From an uncultured bacterium (lineage in GTDB: Bacteria > Patescibacteriota > Gracilibacteria > UBA1369 > PNNO01), in NCBI GenBank assembly GCA_963704705.1, contig OY969931.1, forward strand, positions 60,001-92,000: DNA of 32,000 nt, given 5' to 3'. This document shows positions 1 to 8,441 of the stretch, in pieces. Numbering within the stretch: position 1 is the stretch's first letter; every line of letters starts with the position of its first letter. A model generated the notes under the pieces. That model did not search any database and was not told the origin of the DNA. It was given only the letters and a program-made list of their open reading frames with translations. The position numbers and the translations under genes are program-made.

Positions 1-1
1 T

Positions 2-2965
2 CCTCAGAACTCAAATAATTTATCCAAAATAAAAGAAATAACTTACAACGACCAAAGCCTTCCAAATTACAGCGAGTTAAAGTTGTTTGATTCAAAAAAC
101 GATACGACACCTGTTACATCAAGGTCTTATTTTGATGGAAGAGGAAACGTTATTCAGAACAGATCAACTTCAAATACACCTGGAACTTACATTGTTACTG
201 ACAATTCATATGATGCAAAAGGACAGGTTACAAGAGAATCTCTTCCATATTTTACTTCGGGGACAGCTTATCAAAGCGTTAATTTGGCAAAACCAGCAAA
301 TTTATATACATATGACGTTTTGGGAAGAATCAAGCAAGTGTCAAATGCGCTCGGCACAACATCAACTGATTATAATTTATGGAATTCAACAATTACCGAT
401 CCTTTAAATAATCAAAAAGATTTGATAATGGATGCTTACGGAAGACTTGTTGAGGTACATGAGCACAACGGAGCTGACGAATATATTACTCACTACGAAT
501 ACACTCCACTCGGCCTGCTAAGCAAAATAACTGACCACTATGGTAATTTACGAACATTTACTTATGACGGACTGGGAAGACTTACAATGCAGACAGACTT
601 CCATTTGCCGGCTGATACTTCATACAGCAAATGGTCTTATATTTATGACCAAAATTCAAATTTGCTTACCCAATCTTTCGGCGACGGAAGCAATATAAGA
701 TACTATTATGACCAGCTTAACAGACCACTGAGAGAACATTCTTCAAAAACCGGAAAAGACGAAGTTACATACACTTATGATACAGCACCGTATGGAACAG
801 GTTTACTTGCTTCGATTACAAAAGACGACTGGTCAAATGCTTTTGAATACGACATTAACGGAAATGTAACCAAAGAAACAACTTTAATTAAAGGAGACAG
901 TTATGTAACAAACCGGCTGTTTGATTTACAGGGGAAGATAACAAGACTTATTTCGCCGGACAACAAAATGATCAGATACGCATATAATGATATGGGGCTT
1001 ATTGATAATGTATATTATGGATATTCCATTCTTGCCAATAATTTGGATTATACGCCTTTGGGCCAGATGTCGCATATTGAATTTTCAAACGGTGCAGTAA
1101 CGGATTATGATTATCCGGAGTCTGATTTATTTAGACTAGGTCATATAACAACAACTTTAAATGGCCAGACCATTCAGGATTTGGATTACACATACGATGC
1201 TTTAAACAACCTTACGCATCTTGTTGATAATTCACAGCTGCTTACAACTAAAGTTGCGGATTTTATATATGATGATTTATCAAGACTTACAAGCGCGGTT
1301 GCAACAAAAAATGGGCAGCCGGTTTACAATCAGGCTTATGATTACAATGCCATCGGCAATATTATGAATAAGTCCGATGTCGGCTTATATACTTATGCCG
1401 GAGGGATAGCTTCTTCAGCGCCTTCTGTATATTCAAATCCACACGCTGTGACAGCAGCTGGAGCAGTTAATTATTTATATGACAGGAGAGGTAATGTAAC
1501 CAAAATTAATGATAATTTGACAAGCAAAGAGCTTACATATGATTACAATGATGATCATATAATTTTTAAGAACGGAATTGATGGAGTGAGGTATGGTTAT
1601 GATAATTCAGGCAATAGAGTATGGAAGCAGGAAATTGAATATTTTGCGATTGAGCCTAAAGTTCCTTTGATAACAAATACACTGTTTACGAAAGAAACTA
1701 CTACATGCACTCCGATTTCAGCACCTGTTCGCACAAAAAATACTTTAATAGGTAAAGAATATACTATTCAGTTAAGCTCAAGATATAACTATGACGAAGA
1801 ATGCCGGGCAATAAAAAGTACAGGCACCGAAACTCGCTATGTTGGCGGATTTTATGAAGAAACCCGCGATAAATCAACAACTGTCAAAGGCGGAACAGAC
1901 ATAGTAAAAAGATTAAACATCGACGTCAACGGCATGCAGATCGCCACAATCGAGACAAGGCCAAAAGCTTTTCCGATCGGTTCGGTTGACGTACGCACCT
2001 TCTTCCATCACCGCGACCACCTTGGCAGCGCAAGCATAGATACCTCGGGCGGCAATGTAACAGCCGTTAGCGACTATCTGCCATTCGGAACAACCCTTAA
2101 CGATCAAAACTACGACTCTCTCGGCTACGACAACGCCTATAAATTCACGGGTCAGGAACTCGACGACGAAACCGGCCTGTACTACTACGACGCTCGTTAC
2201 TACGATTCCGACCTGGGAAGGTTTATGGCGGTGGATGGGGCGTATCTGGGAGTGAGCGGGGATAAGGCGATGCTTGTTAATCCGCAGGCCTTAAACAGCT
2301 ACAGTTACGTGCTTAATAATCCGCTAAAGTATGTGGATCCGAGTGGAAATAATTTTGTTGATACATGGAATAGTGGTATGGATATTTTGGAATCTATAGC
2401 TGCAGCAGATGGCCCAGCGCTTTATTTAGATACAGTTGCGGTAGTTTTATCAACAGTAGTTATAGCAGATACTGGAATTGATTATGTTGCAGAAAAGATC
2501 AATGAATCAATAGTACAACCAATATCGAATGCTCATTCTGAAGTTTTATCACAAGCGGAAACAAGTGGAAATGTGGAAAATGGATATGTTACTTTATACA
2601 GAGGTGATGTATCAGGAAAAACTTTTTTTGTATCAAAAGGTTTAGAAAATATCGCAACTTTGGGAGCTGATCTAGTTTTCGGTACAGATTTAAATATGGC
2701 GATTCAAAATCATATAGACTATGTTGATAATAATAAATATTCACCTTTTGTTTCTACAACTTTAAATGAAGCAATTGCGGAAGATTTTGCCAAAGGTCAA
2801 GACGGGAATCAAACTGGCTCAGTTTATACTTTAAAAATACCATCTAATGATATAATGTACCCAGGGAATCCTCAAAATGAAGAAGTATTGATACCAGGAG
2901 TAATAACAAGTGAGAAAATAGTTAATATTAGACCAATATCAGTTAATTTAAATGACAATGATTAA
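2..2965 (+). CDS. Rhs/YD-repeat protein, 5'-truncated by the window edge, with C-terminal ADP-ribosyltransferase-like toxin tail
   Basis: Frame is open from base 2; the ORF track starts it at an internal TTG (83). Many YD repeats (e.g. YTYDVLGR, FTYDGLGRL, YDYNAIGN) and an RHS-core end 'DHLGSAS...YLPFG...YKFTGQELDDETGLYYYDARYYDSDLGRF...NPLKYVDPSGN'. The tail after DPSGN has 'YVTLYRGD', 'SPFVSTTLNEAIAEDFAKG' and 'NEEVLIPG'. Confidence 0.92.
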   Translation, partial: PQNSNNLSKIKEITYNDQSLPNYSELKLFDSKNDTTPVTSRSYFDGRGNVIQNRSTSNTPGTYIVTDNSYDAKGQVTRESLPYFTSGTAYQSVNLAKPANLYTYDVLGRIKQVSNALGTTSTDYNLWNSTITDPLNNQKDLIMDAYGRLVEVHEHNGADEYITHYEYTPLGLLSKITDHYGNLRTFTYDGLGRLTMQTDFHLPADTSYSKWSYIYDQNSNLLTQSFGDGSNIRYYYDQLNRPLREHSSKTGKDEVTYTYDTAPYGTGLLASITKDDWSNAFEYDINGNVTKETTLIKGDSYVTNRLFDLQGKITRLISPDNKMIRYAYNDMGLIDNVYYGYSILANNLDYTPLGQMSHIEFSNGAVTDYDYPESDLFRLGHITTTLNGQTIQDLDYTYDALNNLTHLVDNSQLLTTKVADFIYDDLSRLTSAVATKNGQPVYNQAYDYNAIGNIMNKSDVGLYTYAGGIASSAPSVYSNPHAVTAAGAVNYLYDRRGNVTKINDNLTSKELTYDYNDDHIIFKNGIDGVRYGYDNSGNRVWKQEIEYFAIEPKVPLITNTLFTKETTTCTPISAPVRTKNTLIGKEYTIQLSSRYNYDEECRAIKSTGTETRYVGGFYEETRDKSTTVKGGTDIVKRLNIDVNGMQIATIETRPKAFPIGSVDVRTFFHHRDHLGSASIDTSGGNVTAVSDYLPFGTTLNDQNYDSLGYDNAYKFTGQELDDETGLYYYDARYYDSDLGRFMAVDGAYLGVSGDKAMLVNPQALNSYSYVLNNPLKYVDPSGNNFVDTWNSGMDILESIAAADGPALYLDTVAVVLSTVVIADTGIDYVAEKINESIVQPISNAHSEVLSQAETSGNVENGYVTLYRGDVSGKTFFVSKGLENIATLGADLVFGTDLNMAIQNHIDYVDNNKYSPFVSTTLNEAIAEDFAKGQDGNQTGSVYTLKIPSNDIMYPGNPQNEEVLIPGVITSEKIVNIRPISVNLNDND
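1913..2286 (+). repeat. Direct repeat copy A (end of RHS core), paired with 3577-3950
   Basis: Aligned by eye at a constant offset of 1664 nt, with about a dozen mismatches over ~374 nt; the two copies diverge sharply after 'gttaatccgca'. Confidence 0.9.
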
Positions 2966-3512
2966 TATTATTTCCAAAATTACAAATCAATTTGATGTTT
3001 TCAGAATTGATGGCAGAGAAGGCGAAGGGAAGCCTAAAATTCCGGGCAAAATAATAAATGTATTTAAAAATAATATGGGTTTTCAATATTCTTCAATAGA
3101 AGTTTATAAAGATGGCAAAATTTATACAGGAAAAGGAGAATTGACAGACCTTTCTGGCTTAAAAAAACAAATACAAGATGGATGGATAGTCCTAAGATTA
3201 CCCGATAAATGTAAATTAAACATGTATCCATTCGGACAATATGAAATTTCAAGTTCGAATAATTTTATAATGGAAGCAGATTTTATTAAACAAGTTGAAG
3301 ATACAATTAGAATTTTGAATAAAAAACCCACATCTGCTAATATTTGTAGAGATTTATATATTGAATATGTTAATAATCCCTCAGAAGAATTAGAAAATAA
3401 ATTAAAAGTGGCATACTTCAATGTGCCTGAACATAAACGGCAGTTTATTTTAGGCGATATGGACGCAAAAGACGGGCCAATTAAAAAAATTCTTGGACTT
3501 AATAATAGATAA
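2952..3512 (+). CDS. Candidate immunity protein for the upstream Rhs ART-like toxin
   Basis: ORF of 186 aa overlapping the 3' end of the rhs gene by 14 nt, same strand, small soluble protein in the classical immunity position. No family recognised with certainty. Confidence 0.6.
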   Translation: MTMINIISKITNQFDVFRIDGREGEGKPKIPGKIINVFKNNMGFQYSSIEVYKDGKIYTGKGELTDLSGLKKQIQDGWIVLRLPDKCKLNMYPFGQYEISSSNNFIMEADFIKQVEDTIRILNKKPTSANICRDLYIEYVNNPSEELENKLKVAYFNVPEHKRQFILGDMDAKDGPIKKILGLNNR

Positions 3513-3576
3513 GGCTTAAGTGGTTTTAATAAACCAAATTACCTAGTAAGTTCAAACACTCTCGCTCTTTGTTAAC

Positions 3577-3950
3577 TTAAACATCGCCGTTAACGGCATG
3601 CAGGTTGCCACAATCGAAACAAGGCCAAAAGCTTTTCCGATCGGTTCGGTTGACGTACGCACCTTCTTCCATCACCGCGACCACCTTGGCAGCGCAAGCA
3701 TAGATACCTCGGGCGGCGATGTAACGGCCGTTAGCGACTATCTGCCATTCGGAACAACCCTTAACGATCAAAACTACGACCCTCTGGGCTACGACAACGC
3801 CTATAAATTCACAAGCCAGGAACTCGACGACGAAACCGGCCTGTACTACTACGACGCTCGTTACTACGATTCCGACCTGGGAAGGTTTATGGCGGTGGAT
3901 GGGGCGTATCTGGGAGTGAGCGGGGATAAGGCGATGCTTGTTAATCCGCA
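3577..3950 (+). repeat. Direct repeat copy B (end of RHS core) in the truncated rhs tip
   Basis: Near-identical to 1913-2286. Homology begins at 'ttaaacatcg' and ends at 'ttaatccgca'. Confidence 0.9.
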
Positions 3951-4587
3951 GAAATTGAATTCTTATAGTTATGTTTATAATAATCCATTAAAATATACTG
4001 ACCCTTCAGGAAATTGGGGCTTTACAATGACTTGGTCAAATCCTTGGACACTAACTTTGCTAAAAATTCCACTTCCTACTTGGTCTGCACCAACAATGCC
4101 AGTAACTTTGGCGCCTGTATTTGAACCTGTCCCATTAGTTCCGCCTTCAGAACCAGCGAAACCAATACCTTTGGAATCAAGGTTAAATCCGGAATCTACA
4201 ACACCTCCTCCTGGATGGAGCGGAACAAAACCACCGGATGGATGGGATGGATCAAGTCCTCCAGGAGATGGATTTGACAAGAGGGGAGGTGATGACGGCG
4301 GATGGTATAATCCAGATTTACAAGAATCGTGGCGTCCAGATTATACAGAGAACCATAGATTCCATTATGATTATAAAATGAAAAAAGGCGACGGTTACAG
4401 ATATTTCCCAGATTCAGGTACCTGGCAATTAAAAAACGGATGTACAATGGATGTATACAATGATTACATAAATGATATGGAACAATATAATAAAGATATG
4501 CAACAATATCAAAGTGATATGGATAAATATAACCAACAAAAAGAGAAGAATTCAGATAATGAATTTGGTGGTTATATTCAAGGTTAA
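3598..4587 (+). CDS. Truncated/orphan Rhs tip: RHS-core end plus proline-rich linker and a different C-terminal domain
   Basis: 329 aa. The N-terminus duplicates the RHS-core end ('DHLGSASIDTSGGDV...YTDPSGN') without the YD-repeat shell. The C-terminus ('RPDYTENHRFHYDYKMKKGDGYRYFPDSGTWQLKNG...') is unrelated to the first tail. In-frame stop at 3547-3549 upstream. Confidence 0.8.
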   Translation: MQVATIETRPKAFPIGSVDVRTFFHHRDHLGSASIDTSGGDVTAVSDYLPFGTTLNDQNYDPLGYDNAYKFTSQELDDETGLYYYDARYYDSDLGRFMAVDGAYLGVSGDKAMLVNPQKLNSYSYVYNNPLKYTDPSGNWGFTMTWSNPWTLTLLKIPLPTWSAPTMPVTLAPVFEPVPLVPPSEPAKPIPLESRLNPESTTPPPGWSGTKPPDGWDGSSPPGDGFDKRGGDDGGWYNPDLQESWRPDYTENHRFHYDYKMKKGDGYRYFPDSGTWQLKNGCTMDVYNDYINDMEQYNKDMQQYQSDMDKYNQQKEKNSDNEFGGYIQG

Positions 4588-4602
4588 TTAACTTTTTTAA
4601 TT

Positions 4603-5250
4603 ATGAAATTTCAAAAAATGCAACTGGATCATAAGGCAATTGAATATATCAAAACAATACTGAAAGAAATGAAAATGGATGTGTTTTTTGATATAAAAAA
4701 TCTCAATGAAGGTTCAGTTTTCACATATTTACCTTTAAATGTTGGAAAAAATTTAGTAAACAAATTTGATCATGGAGGCATTGTTAAAGTGCCCGAAAAG
4801 AAGATTCATGTCGATGGTGGTTATTTTGTTAAAGTTCCTGATAATGCTTTTAAATATTTAGCAGAAGAAATTTATATCTACATCAATAGTGATAAGAATA
4901 ATATTTGCTTTCAAAGATCTGGTTGGTGGAAAAAAGACGATAAATGTGTTAAGGAACAAATAAATAAATTTCCTTTATATTTTTATAATCACTATACATA
5001 TGATTTTTTATTAGAGTCCTATAGTCGTAATAAGATTAGAAATTTTTTAGATATGGATTTTCGACATACATTTGGAGTAATGACAAAAATTAATAAAAAA
5101 ATGAGTTTTTTAACTAAGGACAGGCAAGATATTTCAAAAGAAGATATGCAATTTTTCATAGATCATATTCAGAAGCTTTTTGTGGTTGCCTACGACGGTG
5201 AAGGATTTATTATTTGGGAGAAATCTAAACATATTCCCCCCACTCCATAA
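4603..5250 (+). CDS. Hypothetical protein, candidate immunity for the orphan Rhs tip
   Basis: 215 aa ORF starting 15 nt after the orphan rhs tip, same strand, AT-rich, no recognised family. Immunity role inferred from position. Confidence 0.5.
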   Translation: MKFQKMQLDHKAIEYIKTILKEMKMDVFFDIKNLNEGSVFTYLPLNVGKNLVNKFDHGGIVKVPEKKIHVDGGYFVKVPDNAFKYLAEEIYIYINSDKNNICFQRSGWWKKDDKCVKEQINKFPLYFYNHYTYDFLLESYSRNKIRNFLDMDFRHTFGVMTKINKKMSFLTKDRQDISKEDMQFFIDHIQKLFVVAYDGEGFIIWEKSKHIPPTP

Positions 5251-8200
5251 TCTCCAAATCTTCGAGCTTGTACTTTGCAAATGCTTCTATAAGCATTTTT
5301 GCAACCTGCACATTTGTAAGCAGAGGAATGTTCATGTCGATAGCTGTACGTCTTATAATGTAGCCATCTGTTTGTTCCCGGCGAGTATAGTTTTTTGGGA
5401 TATCTATTACCAAATCGAGTTTTTTCTGCTCGAGATAATCGAGAAGATTTGGGGATTTGCCGGTAGAAACTTTGTGAACAAGCGAGTTTTTAACTCCATT
5501 TTCATTTAAAAATTTGGAAGTTCCTTCTGTAGCAAATAAATTGTAATCAAGATTCTGTAAAATTTTCGCTGATTCCAAAAGTTCAGCTTTATCTTCTATG
5601 CGACCAACAGAAAGCAAAATATTCTTTTTTGGAATTGTGAAACCTACCGAGATCATTGCTTTAAGTAGTGCGGCTTGTAAAGTCTTCCCAAAGCACGCCA
5701 CTTCGCCCGTAGAGGCCATTTCAACTCCAAGTACGGGGTCAGCACCTTTAAGGCGTGAGAAGCTAAACTGAGGGGCTTTAACGCCAACGTAATCAAGGTC
5801 CAGGGTTTTATAGTCGGTGCGGTTTAAATCTTTAGCGTCTCGCATGTTTAACATTGCTTTTGTAGCGATCTCAATAAAGTTGTAACCTGTAACTTTTGAT
5901 GAGAACGGGAAAGAGCGTGAAGCGCGCAGGTTACATTCGATTACTTTTACCTCGTTTGCTTTGGCTAAAAACTGAATGTTAAACGGTCCTGAAATATCGA
6001 GCTCTTTTGCTATTTGTTTGGTTATATTTTTAATACGTCTAATTGTTTCGATGTAGAGTTTTTGAGGAGGCAATACAATTGTAGCGTCACCACTGTGAAC
6101 CCCAGCATGCTCAATGTGTTCTGCGATTGCGTAAATTACCAAACGGCCTTTATATGCAACCGCATCTATTTCAATTTCTTTTGCCCCAATCTCAAACTTG
6201 CTTATAACAACAGGAGCGTCGGGTGAAACGCGGGTTGCTGTTTCTAAGAAATCGATTAAAGATTCCTTATTATGAGCAACCCGCATTGCAGCACCGCTTA
6301 AGACATAAGACGGTCTAACCAACACCGGGTATTTCACCTTCTTTGCAAACCTGATTGCTTCAGGCATGCGATTTAGCTCTTTCCACTGAGGTTGATCAAC
6401 TTTTAGTTTATCAAGCATTTCCGAAAATTTATGGCGGTTTTCCGCTCTGTCGATATTTTTCGGATCAGTGCCGAGCACTTTTACTCCGGCTTCTTTTAAT
6501 TTTGTAGCTATATTATTTGGAATTTGCCCTCCGGCTGAGAGTATCACGCCATCAGGCTTTTCTTTTTCATAAATATCAAGAACCCGTTCAACACTAAGTT
6601 CATCAAAATATAATTTGTCTGATATATCATAATCCGTTGAAACAGTCTCGGGATTGTAATTGATCATGATTGTTTCGTAGCCCTGCTTGCCAACTGTTTG
6701 CAAGGCGGTTACACAGCACCAGTCAAATTCAACACTCGAACCAATTGAGTACGAACCGCTTCCCAGAACAATAACTTTTTTGCGTTTGCTTGGTTTAACA
6801 TCATCTTTGTCACCATGATAAGTCAAATACAGATAATTGGTTTTAGCAGGCCATTCAGCAGCCATTGTATCGATTTGTTTAATCACAGGTTCAATGCCAA
6901 GCTGCTTTCGCAGTTTGCGAATATCATGCTCATTATTTTTTGTTAGATTCGCTATTTGCGCATCTGAAAATCCCTGTTTTTTTGATGTCAATAAAAGTTC
7001 TTTATCTAATTTTCGTTTATTTTTTAGCTTTTCTTCAGTATGAACAATATTCTTCAGCTTTTCCAAAAACCATGGATCAATTCCTGAAAGTTTATTTATC
7101 CTTTTAACTGTCCAGCCTTTTCTTAAAGCTTCAGCAATTGCGATTATTCTTTTTGGAGTTGGGACAGCTATTTCTTTTGCCAGATTTTTGGTTTTAAGCT
7201 CAACATGTTTATTAGCAACAAGTCCATAGAAGCCAACCTGAAGCATTCGTAAACCTTTTTGCATAACCTCTTCAAAGCTTCTTCCAAGAGCCATAATCTC
7301 GCCAACAGACTTCATCTCGCTTGTAATTTCCTGAGAAACTCTTTGAAATTTTTGCAGATCCCATCTCGGAATTTTTAATGCAAGATAATCAAGCGCAGGT
7401 TCAAAACACGCAACCGTGGTTTGGGTAACCGCGTTTTTCAACTCCGGCAGCGTATAGCCAAGAGCAAGTTTTGCTGCGATGTGAGCCAATGGATAGCCAG
7501 TCGCCTTACTTGCCAATGCAGATGATCTCGAAAGTCTGGCATTCACTTCAATCACGCGATAATCTTCGGATTCCGGATCAAGTGCAAACTGAATGTTACA
7601 TTCTCCGATTATTCCAAGGTGCCGAATTGTTTTTATAGATAAATCTCTTAACTTATGATATTCGCTGTTTGTTAAAGTCTGCGATGGAGCAACAACAATA
7701 GATTCGCCTGTATGAATTCCGAGCGGATCAAAATTCTCCATATTACAAACCGTAATACAGTTATCTGCTTTATCGCGAACAACCTCATATTCAACTTCTT
7801 TCCAGCCTTTTAAATTTTCTTCAACTAAAATCTGGGGAGAATATGCAAAAGCTGTTTTTAGCAGAGCTTTTAGTTCCTGTTTGTTATAAGCAAAGCCGCT
7901 GCCTTTTCCGCCAAGAGCAAATGCAGCACGTATTATTAAAGGATAACCAATTTTTTCAGCAGCTTTATACGCCTGATCTTCATTGGTGCAAGCCACACTT
8001 TTTGGCATTTTAACGCCGATTTTTGTAAGTTCTTTATTAAAAAGTTCGCGGTCTTCGGTATTTTGAATTGTTTCAACCGGAGTTCCCAAAACTTTAACAT
8101 TGTGTTTTTTAAGCACTCCGTTTTCAAATAATTCAACCCCGCAGTTCAAGGCTGTTTGTCCGCCAAATGCAAGTAAAATTCCATCAGGATTTTCTTTGGC

Positions 8201-8437
8201 AATCACTTTTTCTACAAAATATGCGTTAACAGGCAAAAAATAAATTTTATCAGCAAGTTCTTTTGAAGTTTGATTTGTAGCAATATTGGGATTAACCAAA
8301 ACCGTTTTAATCTTTTCTTCACGGCATGCTTTTATGGCTTGCGCTCCGGAATAATCAAACTCCCCTGCTTCCCCTATTTTTAGGGCTCCTGATCCAAGGA
8401 CCAAAACTTTTTTTATTTTGTGTGATTTTGTCGGCAT
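5225..8437 (-). CDS. carB: Carbamoyl-phosphate synthase large subunit
   Basis: 1070 aa; 'VLVLGSGALKIGEAGEFDYSGAQAIKACRE', 'IEVNARLSRSSALASKATGYPLA', 'VIVLGSGSYSIGSSVEFDWCCV', 'VIECNLRASRSFPFSSKVTG' are characteristic of both ATP-grasp halves of CarB. Confidence 0.96.
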   Translation of the reverse strand: MPTKSHKIKKVLVLGSGALKIGEAGEFDYSGAQAIKACREEKIKTVLVNPNIATNQTSKELADKIYFLPVNAYFVEKVIAKENPDGILLAFGGQTALNCGVELFENGVLKKHNVKVLGTPVETIQNTEDRELFNKELTKIGVKMPKSVACTNEDQAYKAAEKIGYPLIIRAAFALGGKGSGFAYNKQELKALLKTAFAYSPQILVEENLKGWKEVEYEVVRDKADNCITVCNMENFDPLGIHTGESIVVAPSQTLTNSEYHKLRDLSIKTIRHLGIIGECNIQFALDPESEDYRVIEVNARLSRSSALASKATGYPLAHIAAKLALGYTLPELKNAVTQTTVACFEPALDYLALKIPRWDLQKFQRVSQEITSEMKSVGEIMALGRSFEEVMQKGLRMLQVGFYGLVANKHVELKTKNLAKEIAVPTPKRIIAIAEALRKGWTVKRINKLSGIDPWFLEKLKNIVHTEEKLKNKRKLDKELLLTSKKQGFSDAQIANLTKNNEHDIRKLRKQLGIEPVIKQIDTMAAEWPAKTNYLYLTYHGDKDDVKPSKRKKVIVLGSGSYSIGSSVEFDWCCVTALQTVGKQGYETIMINYNPETVSTDYDISDKLYFDELSVERVLDIYEKEKPDGVILSAGGQIPNNIATKLKEAGVKVLGTDPKNIDRAENRHKFSEMLDKLKVDQPQWKELNRMPEAIRFAKKVKYPVLVRPSYVLSGAAMRVAHNKESLIDFLETATRVSPDAPVVISKFEIGAKEIEIDAVAYKGRLVIYAIAEHIEHAGVHSGDATIVLPPQKLYIETIRRIKNITKQIAKELDISGPFNIQFLAKANEVKVIECNLRASRSFPFSSKVTGYNFIEIATKAMLNMRDAKDLNRTDYKTLDLDYVGVKAPQFSFSRLKGADPVLGVEMASTGEVACFGKTLQAALLKAMISVGFTIPKKNILLSVGRIEDKAELLESAKILQNLDYNLFATEGTSKFLNENGVKNSLVHKVSTGKSPNLLDYLEQKKLDLVIDIPKNYTRREQTDGYIIRRTAIDMNIPLLTNVQVAKMLIEAFAKYKLEDLEIMEWGEYV

Positions 8438-8441
8438 TTAT

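Noticed and set aside
1913-2107. 64-aa minus-strand ORF repeated at 3577-3771
   Set aside because: It appears twice only because the underlying RHS-core DNA is duplicated; it is antisense to the conserved rhs coding frame.
3521-3536. Small hairpin TGGTTT-TAAT-AAACCA between the first immunity gene and the orphan tip, considered as a terminator
   Set aside because: The stem is only 6 bp, mostly A/T, without a clear T-run. Too weak to call.
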